Positions 26,668 to 39,306 of a stretch of DNA of 64,000 bases are shown piece after piece. The stretch's first letter is position 1. Each line of letters begins with the position of its first letter. Below the pieces are notes generated by a model. The model was given only the letters and a program-made list of their open reading frames with translations. It was not told the origin of the DNA and did no database searches. The DNA is from Candidatus Sumerlaeia bacterium (GTDB lineage: Bacteria; Sumerlaeota; Sumerlaeia; SLMS01; JANRJK01), in assembly GCA_033764015.1 (NCBI GenBank), contig JANRJK010000038.1, positions 1 to 64,000 of the forward strand, in the 5' to 3' direction. Position numbers and translations under genes: made by a program.

Positions 26668-27668
26668 GCGCCGCCGAGGGCGCGGGGACGCTGCGCGCCA
26701 CGCGCAGCGAGGCTGCCCGCCGGGCCGTGTTCGCCATTTACGGCGTCGCGGCTGTCGTCTTGGCCACGGCTTACCTGTTCGCGCGCGACCGCTTCTGGTG
26801 GATCGAACCGCTCACGGTCTGGCCCGCGTTCTTCTGGTTTGTTCCGCTGCTGCCGCTCGCCGTGGCGGGGACCGACCGGCGGAACCGCCGCCGCGTCGCC
26901 GTGGCGGCCTGGCTAGCCGTCCTGTTGCTGGTCGCGGGCGAGGAATGGCGCTCCCTCCTGCGGCCGCGGCGCGAAGTGGAGGGCATCCGGATCGCGACCT
27001 GGAACCTCGGCGGAAGCGACGGGGATCCCGCCGCGCGGGAGGCGGCGATCCGCGCCGCCCGCCCCGACCTCCTAGCGATCCAAGAGGCGCCCGCGGACTT
27101 GGACGCGCTTGCCGCATGGGGTGCCCTCCCCCACCGCGCGGAACTTGGCGAACTGGCCATTCTGTCGCGCTATCCGATCCTCGACGAGTCCTCGCATCCG
27201 CTCGGGCGCTGGGCCCCCGCGCAGCGAGTCCGCGTCGACGCCCCCGGCGCGGGTCCGCTTGTGGTGTGGAACGGGCGCTACGAGCTGCCCGCGCTCCGGC
27301 TCGACCTTTGGCGGCCGGATGCCTGGCGGGCTTGGCGCGAGGCATGGCGGGCGCGGCGGGACGCCTTCGAGGAGTTGGCCGGGCTGGCGGCGCGGGACGC
27401 GGCGGCGGGCCCGGTGGCCGTCGCGGGTGATTTCAACACGCCGGCGCGATCCGCACTCCTGGCTCCGCTCCGGGCGGCGGGGCTTCGCGACGCGTGGCGC
27501 CGATCCGGGAGCGGCTGGGGGCGGACGATCACGGCGGAGTTCCCATCGGCGCGGATCGACGCGGTCTGGGTGGGTGGCGGCCACGCGGCGGCCGCCTCGT
27601 GGGCGTTCGGCGACGCGCGCTGCTCGGACCACTTGGGCGTGGTGGCGGTGCTGGCCCCTGCGCAGTGA
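26664..27668 (+). CDS. Membrane-anchored endonuclease/exonuclease/phosphatase (EEP) family protein
   Basis: N-terminal transmembrane helices, then ATWN, IQE, AGDFN, RID and SDH motifs. Confidence 0.88.
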   Translation: MSAAEGAGTLRATRSEAARRAVFAIYGVAAVVLATAYLFARDRFWWIEPLTVWPAFFWFVPLLPLAVAGTDRRNRRRVAVAAWLAVLLLVAGEEWRSLLRPRREVEGIRIATWNLGGSDGDPAAREAAIRAARPDLLAIQEAPADLDALAAWGALPHRAELGELAILSRYPILDESSHPLGRWAPAQRVRVDAPGAGPLVVWNGRYELPALRLDLWRPDAWRAWREAWRARRDAFEELAGLAARDAAAGPVAVAGDFNTPARSALLAPLRAAGLRDAWRRSGSGWGRTITAEFPSARIDAVWVGGGHAAAASWAFGDARCSDHLGVVAVLAPAQ

Positions 27669-27693
27669 CCGCCCCGCCCGGCAGCTTGCGCGT

Positions 27694-27722
27694 TTGACAC
27701 CCTTCGAGGGGGGTCGCAAACT
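27694..27722 (+). promoter_or_regulatory. Possible sigma70 promoter of clpC
   Basis: TTGACA, 17 bp spacer, CAAACT in the intergenic region. Confidence 0.35.
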
Positions 27723-27885
27723 GGACTTGTTGCGGTGGCGGGATCGGTTTGCCCCTCTCCGCATGGCGGTCGACGATCCGGGAACCGAACTTGCAACACC
27801 GCGTCCTTAGGAGCGGCTGCGAGCGCGGCCCGCGACCAGAAACCGCCTGTCCGCGCTTCCGCAGCCGACGAGAGGAGTCCCCACA

Positions 27886-30408
<2,523 letters not shown>

Positions 30409-30433
30409 GCGGCAACGCCTGCAACCACGCAGT

Positions 30434-30470
30434 GCGAAGGGGCGGGCGCCGCGGGCGCCCGCCCCTTCGC
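30434..30470 (+). terminator. Hairpin/terminator after clpC
   Basis: Perfect 17-bp stem GCGAAGGGGCGGGCGCC-GCG-GGCGCCCGCCCCTTCGC. No clear U-tract. Confidence 0.6.
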
Positions 30471-30570
30471 GCATTCGGCGGAGTGCTCTTCCGTTCCCAT
30501 TGACCGGCGAAAAGCAACCGACGGGTATACTATCTTGGACGCGTTCACTCCAAGAAAGGCATCCCCTCCC

Positions 30571-33500
30571 ATGCCGCTGAAAGTCCCCCTGACCGCTGCC
30601 GCGGCGCTGGCGGTCGTCGCCCACGCCGCCGCGCAGCAGACCGCCCCCGCTGAGGTCCCATTTCCCGAGAACCCCGCCCCGAAACGGTCCGCGCCGGCGC
30701 TTCCCCCCGCGCTTCCCGAGGCGACCCGCTTCGAGGTCGGCTTCCCCGAGTCCTCGACGGAGGCGCGCCCGCGCCGACGGGCGTCGGCGGTTGCCGAGGA
30801 CGGCTCGATGGTCGCCGCCCGCAACCGCGCGCAGGAGGAGCTGTTCCGCCTGCCTCCGGAGGAGGAAGCGCACGGCATGTGGCGCTGGAAGGTCGATTCG
30901 CTGGCGGACATCGCGGCGAGGATGCCCACGCCGGAGGTGCTGCCGCGCTTGTCTGACGAGGCGAAGGGCGCCTCGCGCTCGGGACAGATCTTCGGCAGCC
31001 GCTGGATCGAGCTGGGCCCCCGCGCGCTGACGAACGCGCAGCCGACCTGCTGCTTCTTCGAGCCGCGCATCACCGTGTCGGGACGCGCGATCAGCATGGC
31101 GTTCGACCCGTCGGACCCGACTTGGAACACGTTCTACATCGGCGGCGCGCAGGGCGGCGTGTGGAAGACGACGGACGGCGGCGCGAGCTGGACACCGCTG
31201 ACCGACTCGATGCCGAACCTGACGACGGGCTCCCTGGTGGTGAATCCCGGGGCGACGAACGAAGTGTGGATCGGCACGGGCGAGTACACGCAATCGGGCA
31301 GCTCGTTCTCCGGCTCCGGCTTCATGTACTCGAACGATTCGGGCGCAACGTGGACGCACCGCCCGGCGGGGTCGCTCTCCGGCAGCTACATTTCGCGTGT
31401 CGCCCTCGACCGTGCGACGCAGACCGGGCCGACCCGGCGCATGTTCGCGGCATCCGCGTCGGGGCTGTACGAAACGACCGACGGCTTCGCGTCGGCGCCG
31501 ACGCTCAAGGTGGGCGGCGGCTTCACGGAAGTGTTCCAGGACCTGTCGAACAACAGCATCTGGTGGGCTGCCGGGACGAACGGCCTCTACAAGTCCACCG
31601 ACAACGGCGCGACGTTTGTGCAGGAAACGACCACCGGTTTCCCCACCCTCGTCTCGCAGGGACGCGCCTATGTGGTGCAGGCCCCCTCCGCGCCCGCCAC
31701 GATGTACGCCTGCATCGCGACATCCTCCAGCCAGATGGACATCTTCAAGACGACCGACTCCGGCGCGTCGTGGACGCAGACTGACCTCGGCGGGACGGCG
31801 CTTTACGGGTCGCAGTACTGGTACGACATCTACATCGCCGTGAACCCGGTGGACGCCAACGAGGTGTACGTCGGCGGCGTCCGCGTGTTCCGGTCGACGG
31901 ACGGCGGCGCGACGTTCGCGAACGTCGCCACGCAGCGGAACATCCACGACGACCACCACTTCGGCATCTTCGCGCCGGACGGCTCGCGCTACTACGCCTT
32001 GAACGACGGTGGCGTGTTCACGACCACGGACGGCGGGACGAGCTGGACGCCGCTCAACGCCGGCCTCGGTCTGCTGCAGGTGAATCCGCACTCCATCGGC
32101 CTCCACCCGGAGGAGTTCCAATTCATCGTCGGCACCCAGGACAACGGTACGGACCGCTACGTCGGTTCGGACGAGTGGCACCACGTGGCGAGCGGCGACG
32201 GCGGCTTCTCCATGTGGGATCCACAGGACCCGTCGTATGTTTACCGCGGCTATGTGCGCGCGGCGTTCGACCGCAGCACGGAGGAGGGCTGGTCGAACTC
32301 CTACTACGGGTTCGATCCGCCGGACGACGGCACCTATCCGTTCTACCCCGCCGCCTCGATCAGCGCGGCGGACCCGAACCGCGTCGCGATCGGTTCGCGT
32401 CGCGTTTACGTCGCGCTCGACGCGCGCACGAACATGACGTGGCAGGAGAAGTCGACGCAGTTGCAGAACTCGTCGATCCTCGCGCTCAAGTTCGCCCCCT
32501 CCGACCCGGAGGTGATGTATGTCGGCTACGGCAACGGACGGATCTACCGGACGGGGAACATCAGCGCGGCGACGCCGACGTGGACGCTGATCTACACACA
32601 CCCCTCCGGCACCGGTTGCCGCGACTTCGCGATCGATCCCACAAACCCCAACCGGCTGGTGGCGGTTTTCTACACGTTCGGCTCCACCCGCGTGGTGGAG
32701 ATCACCAACGCCAACACAACGCCGGTGGCCGTGAACCGAACATCGAACCTGCCCTCGACGGCGCCGCGCGCGGTCGAGATCGACTTCGACAACCCGTCGG
32801 TGTGGTACATCGGCGGACTCTTCGGCGTCTTCCGCACGGCGGACGGCGGCGCGTCCTGGACGAACTTCGCGACGGGGCTTCCGAACTCGGTGGTGATGGA
32901 CCTCGAGTTGGACAACTCGCGGTCGATCCTCCTCGCGGGCACGCATGGGCGCGGCACGTGGATGGTCTCGACGCCGCGGCTCGAGGCGCTCGATCCCGTC
33001 GTTTCCGATAGCGGCCCCGGCGGCAACAACAACGGCGACGTGGACCGGAACGAGACCTTTGAACTGACGGTCCCGCTCCAGAACACGGGCTGGGAGTCCG
33101 CCACCAGTGTCACCGCAACGCTCGCGTCGATGACGGCGGGCGTGACCGTCACAGGGAGCGCGTCCGCATATCCAGTGCTCGTCGATGGCGGAGCTGCGCA
33201 GAACAACTCGGCACCGTTCACCGTTACGACGGACAACTCGCTGACGCCGGGGCAGGTGCTCGAATTCGAGCTCACGGTCACGTCGAACGGCGGAGACTTC
33301 CTGCGGACGCTGCCGTTCACCCTGCGCGGCGGCACGCTCGCCTCGGAAGTCGCCGCGTCGGAAGACTTCGAGTCGGGCTTCGGCGGCTTCACCGCCAGCG
33401 ATATCGCGGGCCTTCAGTCGTGGGTGCTCAGCAACGCGAAGCCGGCCTCCGGCTCGCAAAGCGCCCGCATCGCCGAGGAACCGAACGGTGGCGATTACAA

Positions 33501-33981
33501 CGAGGACTACCTCCGCGGCCCCTCGCATGCGATTCCCGCGGGGGCGAACAGCATCCAGGTCGCCTTCGACCACACCTACGCCTTCCTGAACGGTGTGTAC
33601 GACGCGGGCGGAAACCTCGCCGGCGGCCGGATCGAGCTGATCCGGGACGGCGCGGCCTACGACCTCATGGACCCCGGCGCCGGTGTGCTCTCGATTTCAG
33701 ACCCGCCTGAGGGAACGGTCACCGCGACGTTCTTCCCGTGGGGGACGCTGCCCGCCTACGTGAACGGTGCGACAGGGCTCCCGTACACGCGCAACACAAT
33801 CGAACTCGATCCCGCGGTCTGGGCCGGAACGACCTTCGAGATCGAGTTCAAGTTCGGCTTCATCGGCTACTCGAACTGGATTCCGAGCCAGCCGTCGGGC
33901 TGGTTCGTCGACAACTACTCGTTCGCGGCGCGGACGTACTCGATCATGGATGCCAAGGTGGACGGCTGGCAGATGTTCTAA
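30571..33981 (+). CDS. Secreted BNR/Asp-box (VPS10/GH74-like) beta-propeller protein with C-terminal beta-sandwich domains
   Basis: Signal peptide (LTAAAALAVVAHAAA), repeated S/T-x-D-G-G-x-S/T-W Asp boxes, GGVWKT, GTQDNG, GDGG and GTHGRG. Ends KVDGWQMF. Confidence 0.85.
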   Translation: MPLKVPLTAAAALAVVAHAAAQQTAPAEVPFPENPAPKRSAPALPPALPEATRFEVGFPESSTEARPRRRASAVAEDGSMVAARNRAQEELFRLPPEEEAHGMWRWKVDSLADIAARMPTPEVLPRLSDEAKGASRSGQIFGSRWIELGPRALTNAQPTCCFFEPRITVSGRAISMAFDPSDPTWNTFYIGGAQGGVWKTTDGGASWTPLTDSMPNLTTGSLVVNPGATNEVWIGTGEYTQSGSSFSGSGFMYSNDSGATWTHRPAGSLSGSYISRVALDRATQTGPTRRMFAASASGLYETTDGFASAPTLKVGGGFTEVFQDLSNNSIWWAAGTNGLYKSTDNGATFVQETTTGFPTLVSQGRAYVVQAPSAPATMYACIATSSSQMDIFKTTDSGASWTQTDLGGTALYGSQYWYDIYIAVNPVDANEVYVGGVRVFRSTDGGATFANVATQRNIHDDHHFGIFAPDGSRYYALNDGGVFTTTDGGTSWTPLNAGLGLLQVNPHSIGLHPEEFQFIVGTQDNGTDRYVGSDEWHHVASGDGGFSMWDPQDPSYVYRGYVRAAFDRSTEEGWSNSYYGFDPPDDGTYPFYPAASISAADPNRVAIGSRRVYVALDARTNMTWQEKSTQLQNSSILALKFAPSDPEVMYVGYGNGRIYRTGNISAATPTWTLIYTHPSGTGCRDFAIDPTNPNRLVAVFYTFGSTRVVEITNANTTPVAVNRTSNLPSTAPRAVEIDFDNPSVWYIGGLFGVFRTADGGASWTNFATGLPNSVVMDLELDNSRSILLAGTHGRGTWMVSTPRLEALDPVVSDSGPGGNNNGDVDRNETFELTVPLQNTGWESATSVTATLASMTAGVTVTGSASAYPVLVDGGAAQNNSAPFTVTTDNSLTPGQVLEFELTVTSNGGDFLRTLPFTLRGGTLASEVAASEDFESGFGGFTASDIAGLQSWVLSNAKPASGSQSARIAEEPNGGDYNEDYLRGPSHAIPAGANSIQVAFDHTYAFLNGVYDAGGNLAGGRIELIRDGAAYDLMDPGAGVLSISDPPEGTVTATFFPWGTLPAYVNGATGLPYTRNTIELDPAVWAGTTFEIEFKFGFIGYSNWIPSQPSGWFVDNYSFAARTYSIMDAKVDGWQMF

Positions 33982-34001
33982 GCATCCCCGCCCGAAACAG
34001 A

Positions 34002-34040
34002 AACCGCCCCCGGAGCGCGAAGCTCCGGGGGCGGTTCTTT
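34002..34040. terminator. Probably bidirectional intrinsic terminator between convergent genes
   Basis: AACCGCCCCCGGAGC-GCGAA-GCTCCGGGGGCGGTT, followed by CTTT and preceded by an A-rich flank. Confidence 0.75.
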
Positions 34041-34060
34041 ATCTTCTGCTGTGGAGCCTC

Positions 34061-35767
34061 TCAAACCTCGACGGCGCGCATCGCCGCGACGGCGGCGCCG
34101 AGTTCCGCGAGCCGCTCCTCCGGCAGCTTTTCGGTGAGGCCGAGATCGTCGTAGGTGGCGAGGAGCGACTCCGCCTCGATGCCCGCGTAGAGCACGTTGG
34201 GGTCGACGATCCGGCGGCCCATGATCTCCTCGAGCAACCCCTGCGAGTAGGTGGGCCGGGCGGCGGCGGTGGACTCGGTGCCGTACTGGCCGAGGTTGCT
34301 GGCGAAGATGCCGGCCGCGCTGAAGGGCAGGAAGTCCTCGTAGCGCACGCCCTCCGCGCGCACGTAGCCCTCGCGGGCGAGCGCGCGGATGCCGGTCGCG
34401 GAGATCGTCCCCGCGGCGGCGCGCCCCTTGGCGGTCGCGCTGTAGCGCCCGAACACGAGGCCGGCGTCGAGGAGTCCGTCCAAGGTCTTGGGGAACGGCG
34501 AGAAGGCCGCGGCGTACGCGGCGCAGTAGGCGTCGTAGTCGCGCGCCGCGAGCCCCGGATCCTTGGCGCGCGCCGCCTCCGCCTCCGCGAGGCAGCGGTC
34601 GTACAGCGCGCGCCCTTCCGGCGTCGTGGCGTAGAAGCGTTGCTCGATCTCGCCGAAGCGCGCCGTGTGGGATGTGTGGACGGTCGAACCGTCGTCCTCG
34701 TGGAAAACGACCGGCTCCGTGAGCGCCTTGTAGCTGTCCTGGCGCAGGAGCACCGGCGTCTCGGCGGCGGGTCCTTCGGTGAAGTCCTTGTGGCCGGAAT
34801 GCTTGAGCGCGGAGAGGTCGCAGTCCGCTTGCGACAGCCGATCGGCGAGCCGTTCCGCGGCGGCGTCCAACGCCTCGTCCGCCACCGCGCCGGGGACGAA
34901 CGCCGCGATATCGTCGGGCGAGAGATGCCGGAAGTGGAGGCGCATGTAGTCGGCGCCCCCGTTCGCACGCACCCACCGGAGCGCCAGCCGGGCGCGGCGG
35001 ACGAACTCGCCGCGGTCCAGCTCGCCCATGATGCGCTTCATCGCCGACACGTAGAGGTCCATGCAGAACGTGTTGGGCGTCAGGTGGTTGAGGTGGTGGC
35101 TTTCGAAGCAGGCGATGTCGGCGGCGATCTTGAAGCCCGCCGCGGAGAGCTCCTGGTAGAGTCGGTGGTCGTGCGCGTGGCCGGTCCACTTGAAGATGCG
35201 CGTGGTGCCTTCGCGGACCAGCTCTTCGCTCTCCTCGACGGTGAGGCCGCCTTCCTCCTCGTTCTTGAGGATCAGCTCCTTGGCGCGGTCGGAGAAGATG
35301 TCGCGCTTGGCGAGCCGCGCGGCGATGCGCTCCCCCACCGAGGGCTCGAAGTAGTCGATCATGAGCAGGGAGCAGAACACGCGGTGCTCGGGATGGTGCG
35401 GCGAGCGGAAGGCGGTTGCGATGATCGGCTGGCTCTTCCCGCCGAGCGCCGTCATGTCGTAGAAGTTGTGCGGCAGCATGGCGAAGGCGGCGAAGAAGCC
35501 CGCCACCCAGCGGTACTCCTCCCGCGTGCCGATGCGGATCGCGCCGTGGCGCTCGCCGCTCGTCTTGTCGAGCTGCTCCTCCGAAAGGGAGAAGCCGCCG
35601 TGGAGCGCGGACAGCACGCCGCAGACCGCTTGGTTGGTGAGCTTGTTGACAAGCAGCGACTTGTCGTACAGCGGCACTTCGCGTCCGAACATGGCGGAGA
35701 GCTCGGCGAAGAGCCGGTGCTGCATCGCGACCTTGTCGGCGGTGGGGCTCGCGGCGGTGGTGGGCAT
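34061..35767 (-). CDS. hglS: DUF1338 family 2-oxoadipate dioxygenase/decarboxylase (HglS/YdcJ-like)
   Basis: EVPLY, ERHGAIR, ATAFR, HLNHLTP, EGP, LLRQDSYKAL, HTARFGEIEQR and YEDFLPFSAAGIF motifs. Confidence 0.85.
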   Translation of the reverse strand: MPTTAASPTADKVAMQHRLFAELSAMFGREVPLYDKSLLVNKLTNQAVCGVLSALHGGFSLSEEQLDKTSGERHGAIRIGTREEYRWVAGFFAAFAMLPHNFYDMTALGGKSQPIIATAFRSPHHPEHRVFCSLLMIDYFEPSVGERIAARLAKRDIFSDRAKELILKNEEEGGLTVEESEELVREGTTRIFKWTGHAHDHRLYQELSAAGFKIAADIACFESHHLNHLTPNTFCMDLYVSAMKRIMGELDRGEFVRRARLALRWVRANGGADYMRLHFRHLSPDDIAAFVPGAVADEALDAAAERLADRLSQADCDLSALKHSGHKDFTEGPAAETPVLLRQDSYKALTEPVVFHEDDGSTVHTSHTARFGEIEQRFYATTPEGRALYDRCLAEAEAARAKDPGLAARDYDAYCAAYAAAFSPFPKTLDGLLDAGLVFGRYSATAKGRAAAGTISATGIRALAREGYVRAEGVRYEDFLPFSAAGIFASNLGQYGTESTAAARPTYSQGLLEEIMGRRIVDPNVLYAGIEAESLLATYDDLGLTEKLPEERLAELGAAVAAMRAVEV

Positions 35768-35902
35768 GGGCGGGCGCTCCTGCGGCGTCTCCGCGCGGGG
35801 CGCGCGGCGGGAAGCGGGTGCGGCTTCCACAGCCTGCACTCTTGCGGGCATGGCGCTCCGGGGCAACGGGTTTACCAGCGACGGAGGCGCCCCTCCGCCG
35901 CG

Positions 35903-37135
35903 CTACCGCCCGACCACGACATCCCCGGCGCTGACGGTGCCGTTGGTCGGGTCGTAGAGCACCTGCCCCTGCTGGTCCGCCGCGTCGGGACCAAGGCTGT
36001 AGACAGAGGTCTCGGTGACCTTCAGCGGGTCGCCGGTGAAGGGGTCCTTGGTCGAGGCGGCCAGCTCTGCATTCCCGATACGCAGCGCGCGGGCCGCTTG
36101 GCAGGCGCGTAGGCGCGCGCGGACGGCGTCGTCCCGCGTTCCGGCCTCAAGGAAATTTGGCATCATCATATTGTAGATTGGGTTCGGCGAGAGCCGGTCG
36201 AACCACGCGGAGTCCATGGTTTCGCGCTCCCGGTACGGGCGATCCATGTTTTCGAGCACCGCCCTCCAGACCTTCTCGTGGCCGGCGAGGAGCGACTCGC
36301 TATCCAGATTCATCATCTCTTTGGCCATCGCGCGCTGCGCCGGCGGCAACTTCGCTAGCTCCGCTTCGACCTGCTCCGGCGTCGCGGCCTCCATCTTCTT
36401 GCGCATCTCGGTGTGCATCTCAGGCAACTGCGCGCGGCCAATGGCGGCTTCCACCATGAAGGCCGACCCCATGCCCGGAATGCGCTGGTCGATCCGGTAC
36501 AACTGGCTCCCGGCGCCGCGCACCACTTCGGCGTCCGCCGCCGGGTTGCGGATGAGGTCCTCAACCGCTTGAAGCGAAATGTGGAGGCATGCGATGCCGA
36601 TCAGCCGGCTGAGGATGGGCTGCTCGTCGCCCATGTAGAACGAAGCGATCCACGCCGCGCGCAGGGCGGTGTCGAGCGCTTGGCCCACTTGGCCCTCCGC
36701 TTCCAGTTGGCGGGCGCGGGCCACCAGCAGCTTCGTCAGAACTTGCGTGGCGAGGAAGTTCGGTGTGCCGGCGGACTTGAAGTTCGCCACGTCGGCGGGA
36801 GGCAGTCGGAGATCCTGGTAGCCGCCCGCCTTGTGGAACTCACCGAGCGCCTCCCAGTTCTGCCGTAGGGCCTCGACCACCTCTGGGTGCGGCTGTCGCC
36901 AGCCCTCGCGGATGATCTCCGTCAAGGCCTCGTTCGCCGATCCCTGCGGCGGCCCGGCAAAGGCCTTGAGGGCGGCTGCCAAATGGCCGAGCCCTTCGTT
37001 TCCCTCATTCTCCTTGGCGTGTGCCGCCCATTCATCGGCGCCCTGCGCCTGAAGGTTTACGCTGGCCGCGGGGGCAGCCATGAGAAGGCAAGCAACCCCC
37101 AGAACGGACCTCCACGAAAGTCGACTGCTGAACAT
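35903..37135 (-). CDS. Secreted helical hypothetical protein with C-terminal DPF...YSLGPD...YDPTNG motif
   Basis: AAGGAG RBS and ATG at 37135, signal peptide, and C-terminus KDPFTG...VYSLGPD...YDPTNGTVSAGDVVV. Confidence 0.8.
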   Translation of the reverse strand: MFSSRLSWRSVLGVACLLMAAPAASVNLQAQGADEWAAHAKENEGNEGLGHLAAALKAFAGPPQGSANEALTEIIREGWRQPHPEVVEALRQNWEALGEFHKAGGYQDLRLPPADVANFKSAGTPNFLATQVLTKLLVARARQLEAEGQVGQALDTALRAAWIASFYMGDEQPILSRLIGIACLHISLQAVEDLIRNPAADAEVVRGAGSQLYRIDQRIPGMGSAFMVEAAIGRAQLPEMHTEMRKKMEAATPEQVEAELAKLPPAQRAMAKEMMNLDSESLLAGHEKVWRAVLENMDRPYRERETMDSAWFDRLSPNPIYNMMMPNFLEAGTRDDAVRARLRACQAARALRIGNAELAASTKDPFTGDPLKVTETSVYSLGPDAADQQGQVLYDPTNGTVSAGDVVVGR

Positions 37136-37213
37136 GGCGAATTCTCCTTTGGCGATAGTAGCCCTACCGATGAGTGGCGCATTCATTCCACGCGCTTCAG
37201 GGCGAGGCGCGCC

Positions 37214-39187
37214 TCACCCCCCTTCCTTCTCCTCGTAGCGCTCGCGGAGGCTCTGCACCACGCCGGGGTCGGCGAGGGTAGTCACGTCGCCGAGGGCGCG
37301 GCCTTCGGCGATGTCGCGCAGGAGCCGCCGCATGATCTTGCCGGACCGCGTCTTGGGCAGGTCGGCGCTGAAGAGGACGTCGTCCGGGCGGGCGATGGAG
37401 CCGATCTTCTTTGCGACGGGCTCGCGGAGTTCGTCGCGCAGTTCGCTCCCCGCCTCGTTGCCCGCGCGGAGCGTGACGAAGGCGACGATGCACTGGCCCT
37501 TCAGGTCGTGGTGGCGTCCGACGACGGCGGCCTCCGCGACGGCGGGATGGTCCACGAGGGCCGACTCGACCTCCATGGTGCCGAGGCGGTGGCCGCTGAC
37601 GTTGAGCACGTCGTCGACGCGGCCGAGGATCATGAAGTTGCCCTCGGCGTCGCGCTTGGCGCCGTCGCCGGCGAAGTAGAAGCGCCCGCCGAACCGGCTC
37701 CAGTACACCTCGCGGTAGCGCGCGTCGTCGCCGTAAAGCGTACGAAGCATCCCGGGCCACGGCTTGCGGATCACGAGCAGGCCGCTGCCGGACTCGACCT
37801 CGTTGCCGTCGTTGTCCACCACGGCGATGTCCACGCCGGGGATCGCGGGGCCCGCGTAGCCGGGCCGCATCGTCGTGATCCCGGGCAGGCCGGTGATCAT
37901 GTGCGCGCCGGTCTCCGTCTGCCACCAAGTGTCCACCACGGGGCAGCGCCCGCCGCCGATGTAGCGGTGGTACCAGACCCACGCCTCGGGGTTGATCGGC
38001 TCGCCGACGGTGCCGACCAGGCGCAGCGAGGACAGGTCGTGGCGCGCGGGGTGCTCCGTGCCCCACTTCATGAACGCGCGGATCGCGGTCGGTGCGGTGT
38101 AGAGGATCGTCGCGTGGTGCTTGGCGACCAGCTCCCAGAAGCGGTCCCGCGCGGGATAGTCCGGCGCGCCCTCGTACATGAGCACCGTCGCGCCGCATTG
38201 CAGCGGTCCGTACACCAGGTAGCTGTGGCCCGTCACCCAGCCCACGTCGGCGGTGCAGAAGAACACGTCCTGATCCTTCAGGTCGAAGGTGGCGTGCATC
38301 GTGAAGCGCGTCTGGACCGCGTAGCCGCCGGTCGTGTGGACGATGCCCTTCGGCTTCCCGGTGGTGCCGCTGGTGTAGAGGATGAAGAGCATGTCCTCCG
38401 CGTCGTTCGCATGCGCGGGGCAGTGCGGCGACGCGCCCTGCATGGCGCGGTGGTACCAGTGGTCGCGCCCCTCCTGGATGTGCGTGGGGAAGGGCTCGCC
38501 GTGCGGGCGCTTCACGACGATGACGCTCTGGACGGAGGGGCAGTGCTTGAGCGCTTCGTCCACGGTGTGCTTCAGCGTCAGCACGTTCCCGCGCCGCCAG
38601 CCGCCGTCCGCGGTGACCACCAGCTTGCACTGGCAGTCGTTGATGCGGTCCGCGAGCGCCTCGGCGGAGAAGCCGCCGAAGACCACGGTGTGCACCGCGC
38701 CGATCCGCGCGCAGGCCAGCATGGCGACGACCGCCTCCGGCATCATCGGCAGGTAGATCGCCACGCGGTCGCCGTGGCCGACGCCGTAGTGCCGAAGCGC
38801 GTTGGCGAACTGGCAGACCTCGCGGTGGAGTTGGCCGTAGGTGTAGGTGCGGACATCTCCGGGCTCGCCTTCCCAGATGATCGCCGCCTTATTGCGGCGC
38901 CCCTGCGCGATCTGCCAGTCGAGGCAGTTGTGCGCGAGGTTCATGCGCCCGCCGAGGAACCACTTCGCGTGCGGTGGATTCCATTCGAGCGTCGTGTGGA
39001 AGGGCTCGCTCCACGGCAGGGCGCGGGCCTGCTCCGCCCAGAAAGCCTCGGGGTCCGCGGCGGCGTGGGCGTGGAGGTCCGCGTCGCGGAGGTTCGCCTG
39101 CGCGGCGAAGGCGGCGTCGGGGGGGAAGCGGCGGTCCTCGCGCAGCAGGTCGGCGATCTGGTTCTGCGTGGCGGCGTCGAGCTTCAT
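37214..39187 (-). CDS. acs: Acetyl-CoA synthetase
   Basis: [57 protein letters not shown] and [12 protein letters not shown] motifs. Confidence 0.96.
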   Translation of the reverse strand: MKLDAATQNQIADLLREDRRFPPDAAFAAQANLRDADLHAHAAADPEAFWAEQARALPWSEPFHTTLEWNPPHAKWFLGGRMNLAHNCLDWQIAQGRRNKAAIIWEGEPGDVRTYTYGQLHREVCQFANALRHYGVGHGDRVAIYLPMMPEAVVAMLACARIGAVHTVVFGGFSAEALADRINDCQCKLVVTADGGWRRGNVLTLKHTVDEALKHCPSVQSVIVVKRPHGEPFPTHIQEGRDHWYHRAMQGASPHCPAHANDAEDMLFILYTSGTTGKPKGIVHTTGGYAVQTRFTMHATFDLKDQDVFFCTADVGWVTGHSYLVYGPLQCGATVLMYEGAPDYPARDRFWELVAKHHATILYTAPTAIRAFMKWGTEHPARHDLSSLRLVGTVGEPINPEAWVWYHRYIGGGRCPVVDTWWQTETGAHMITGLPGITTMRPGYAGPAIPGVDIAVVDNDGNEVESGSGLLVIRKPWPGMLRTLYGDDARYREVYWSRFGGRFYFAGDGAKRDAEGNFMILGRVDDVLNVSGHRLGTMEVESALVDHPAVAEAAVVGRHHDLKGQCIVAFVTLRAGNEAGSELRDELREPVAKKIGSIARPDDVLFSADLPKTRSGKIMRRLLRDIAEGRALGDVTTLADPGVVQSLRERYEEKEGG

Positions 39188-39306
39188 CGCGGCGGCTCCG
39201 GCGGTGGTTTCCCCGCAGGCTGCGCGCCGGAGCGGCGGTGCGCAAACGGAAGGGGGCCCCTCGCGGGGCCCCCGGGTGTTCGAGGTGCGGCGCGGCGCGC
39301 CGGTTG

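Noticed and set aside
30500..30531. TTGACC...TATACT promoter upstream of the beta-propeller gene
   Set aside because: The spacer is 20 bp, too long for a confident sigma70 call.
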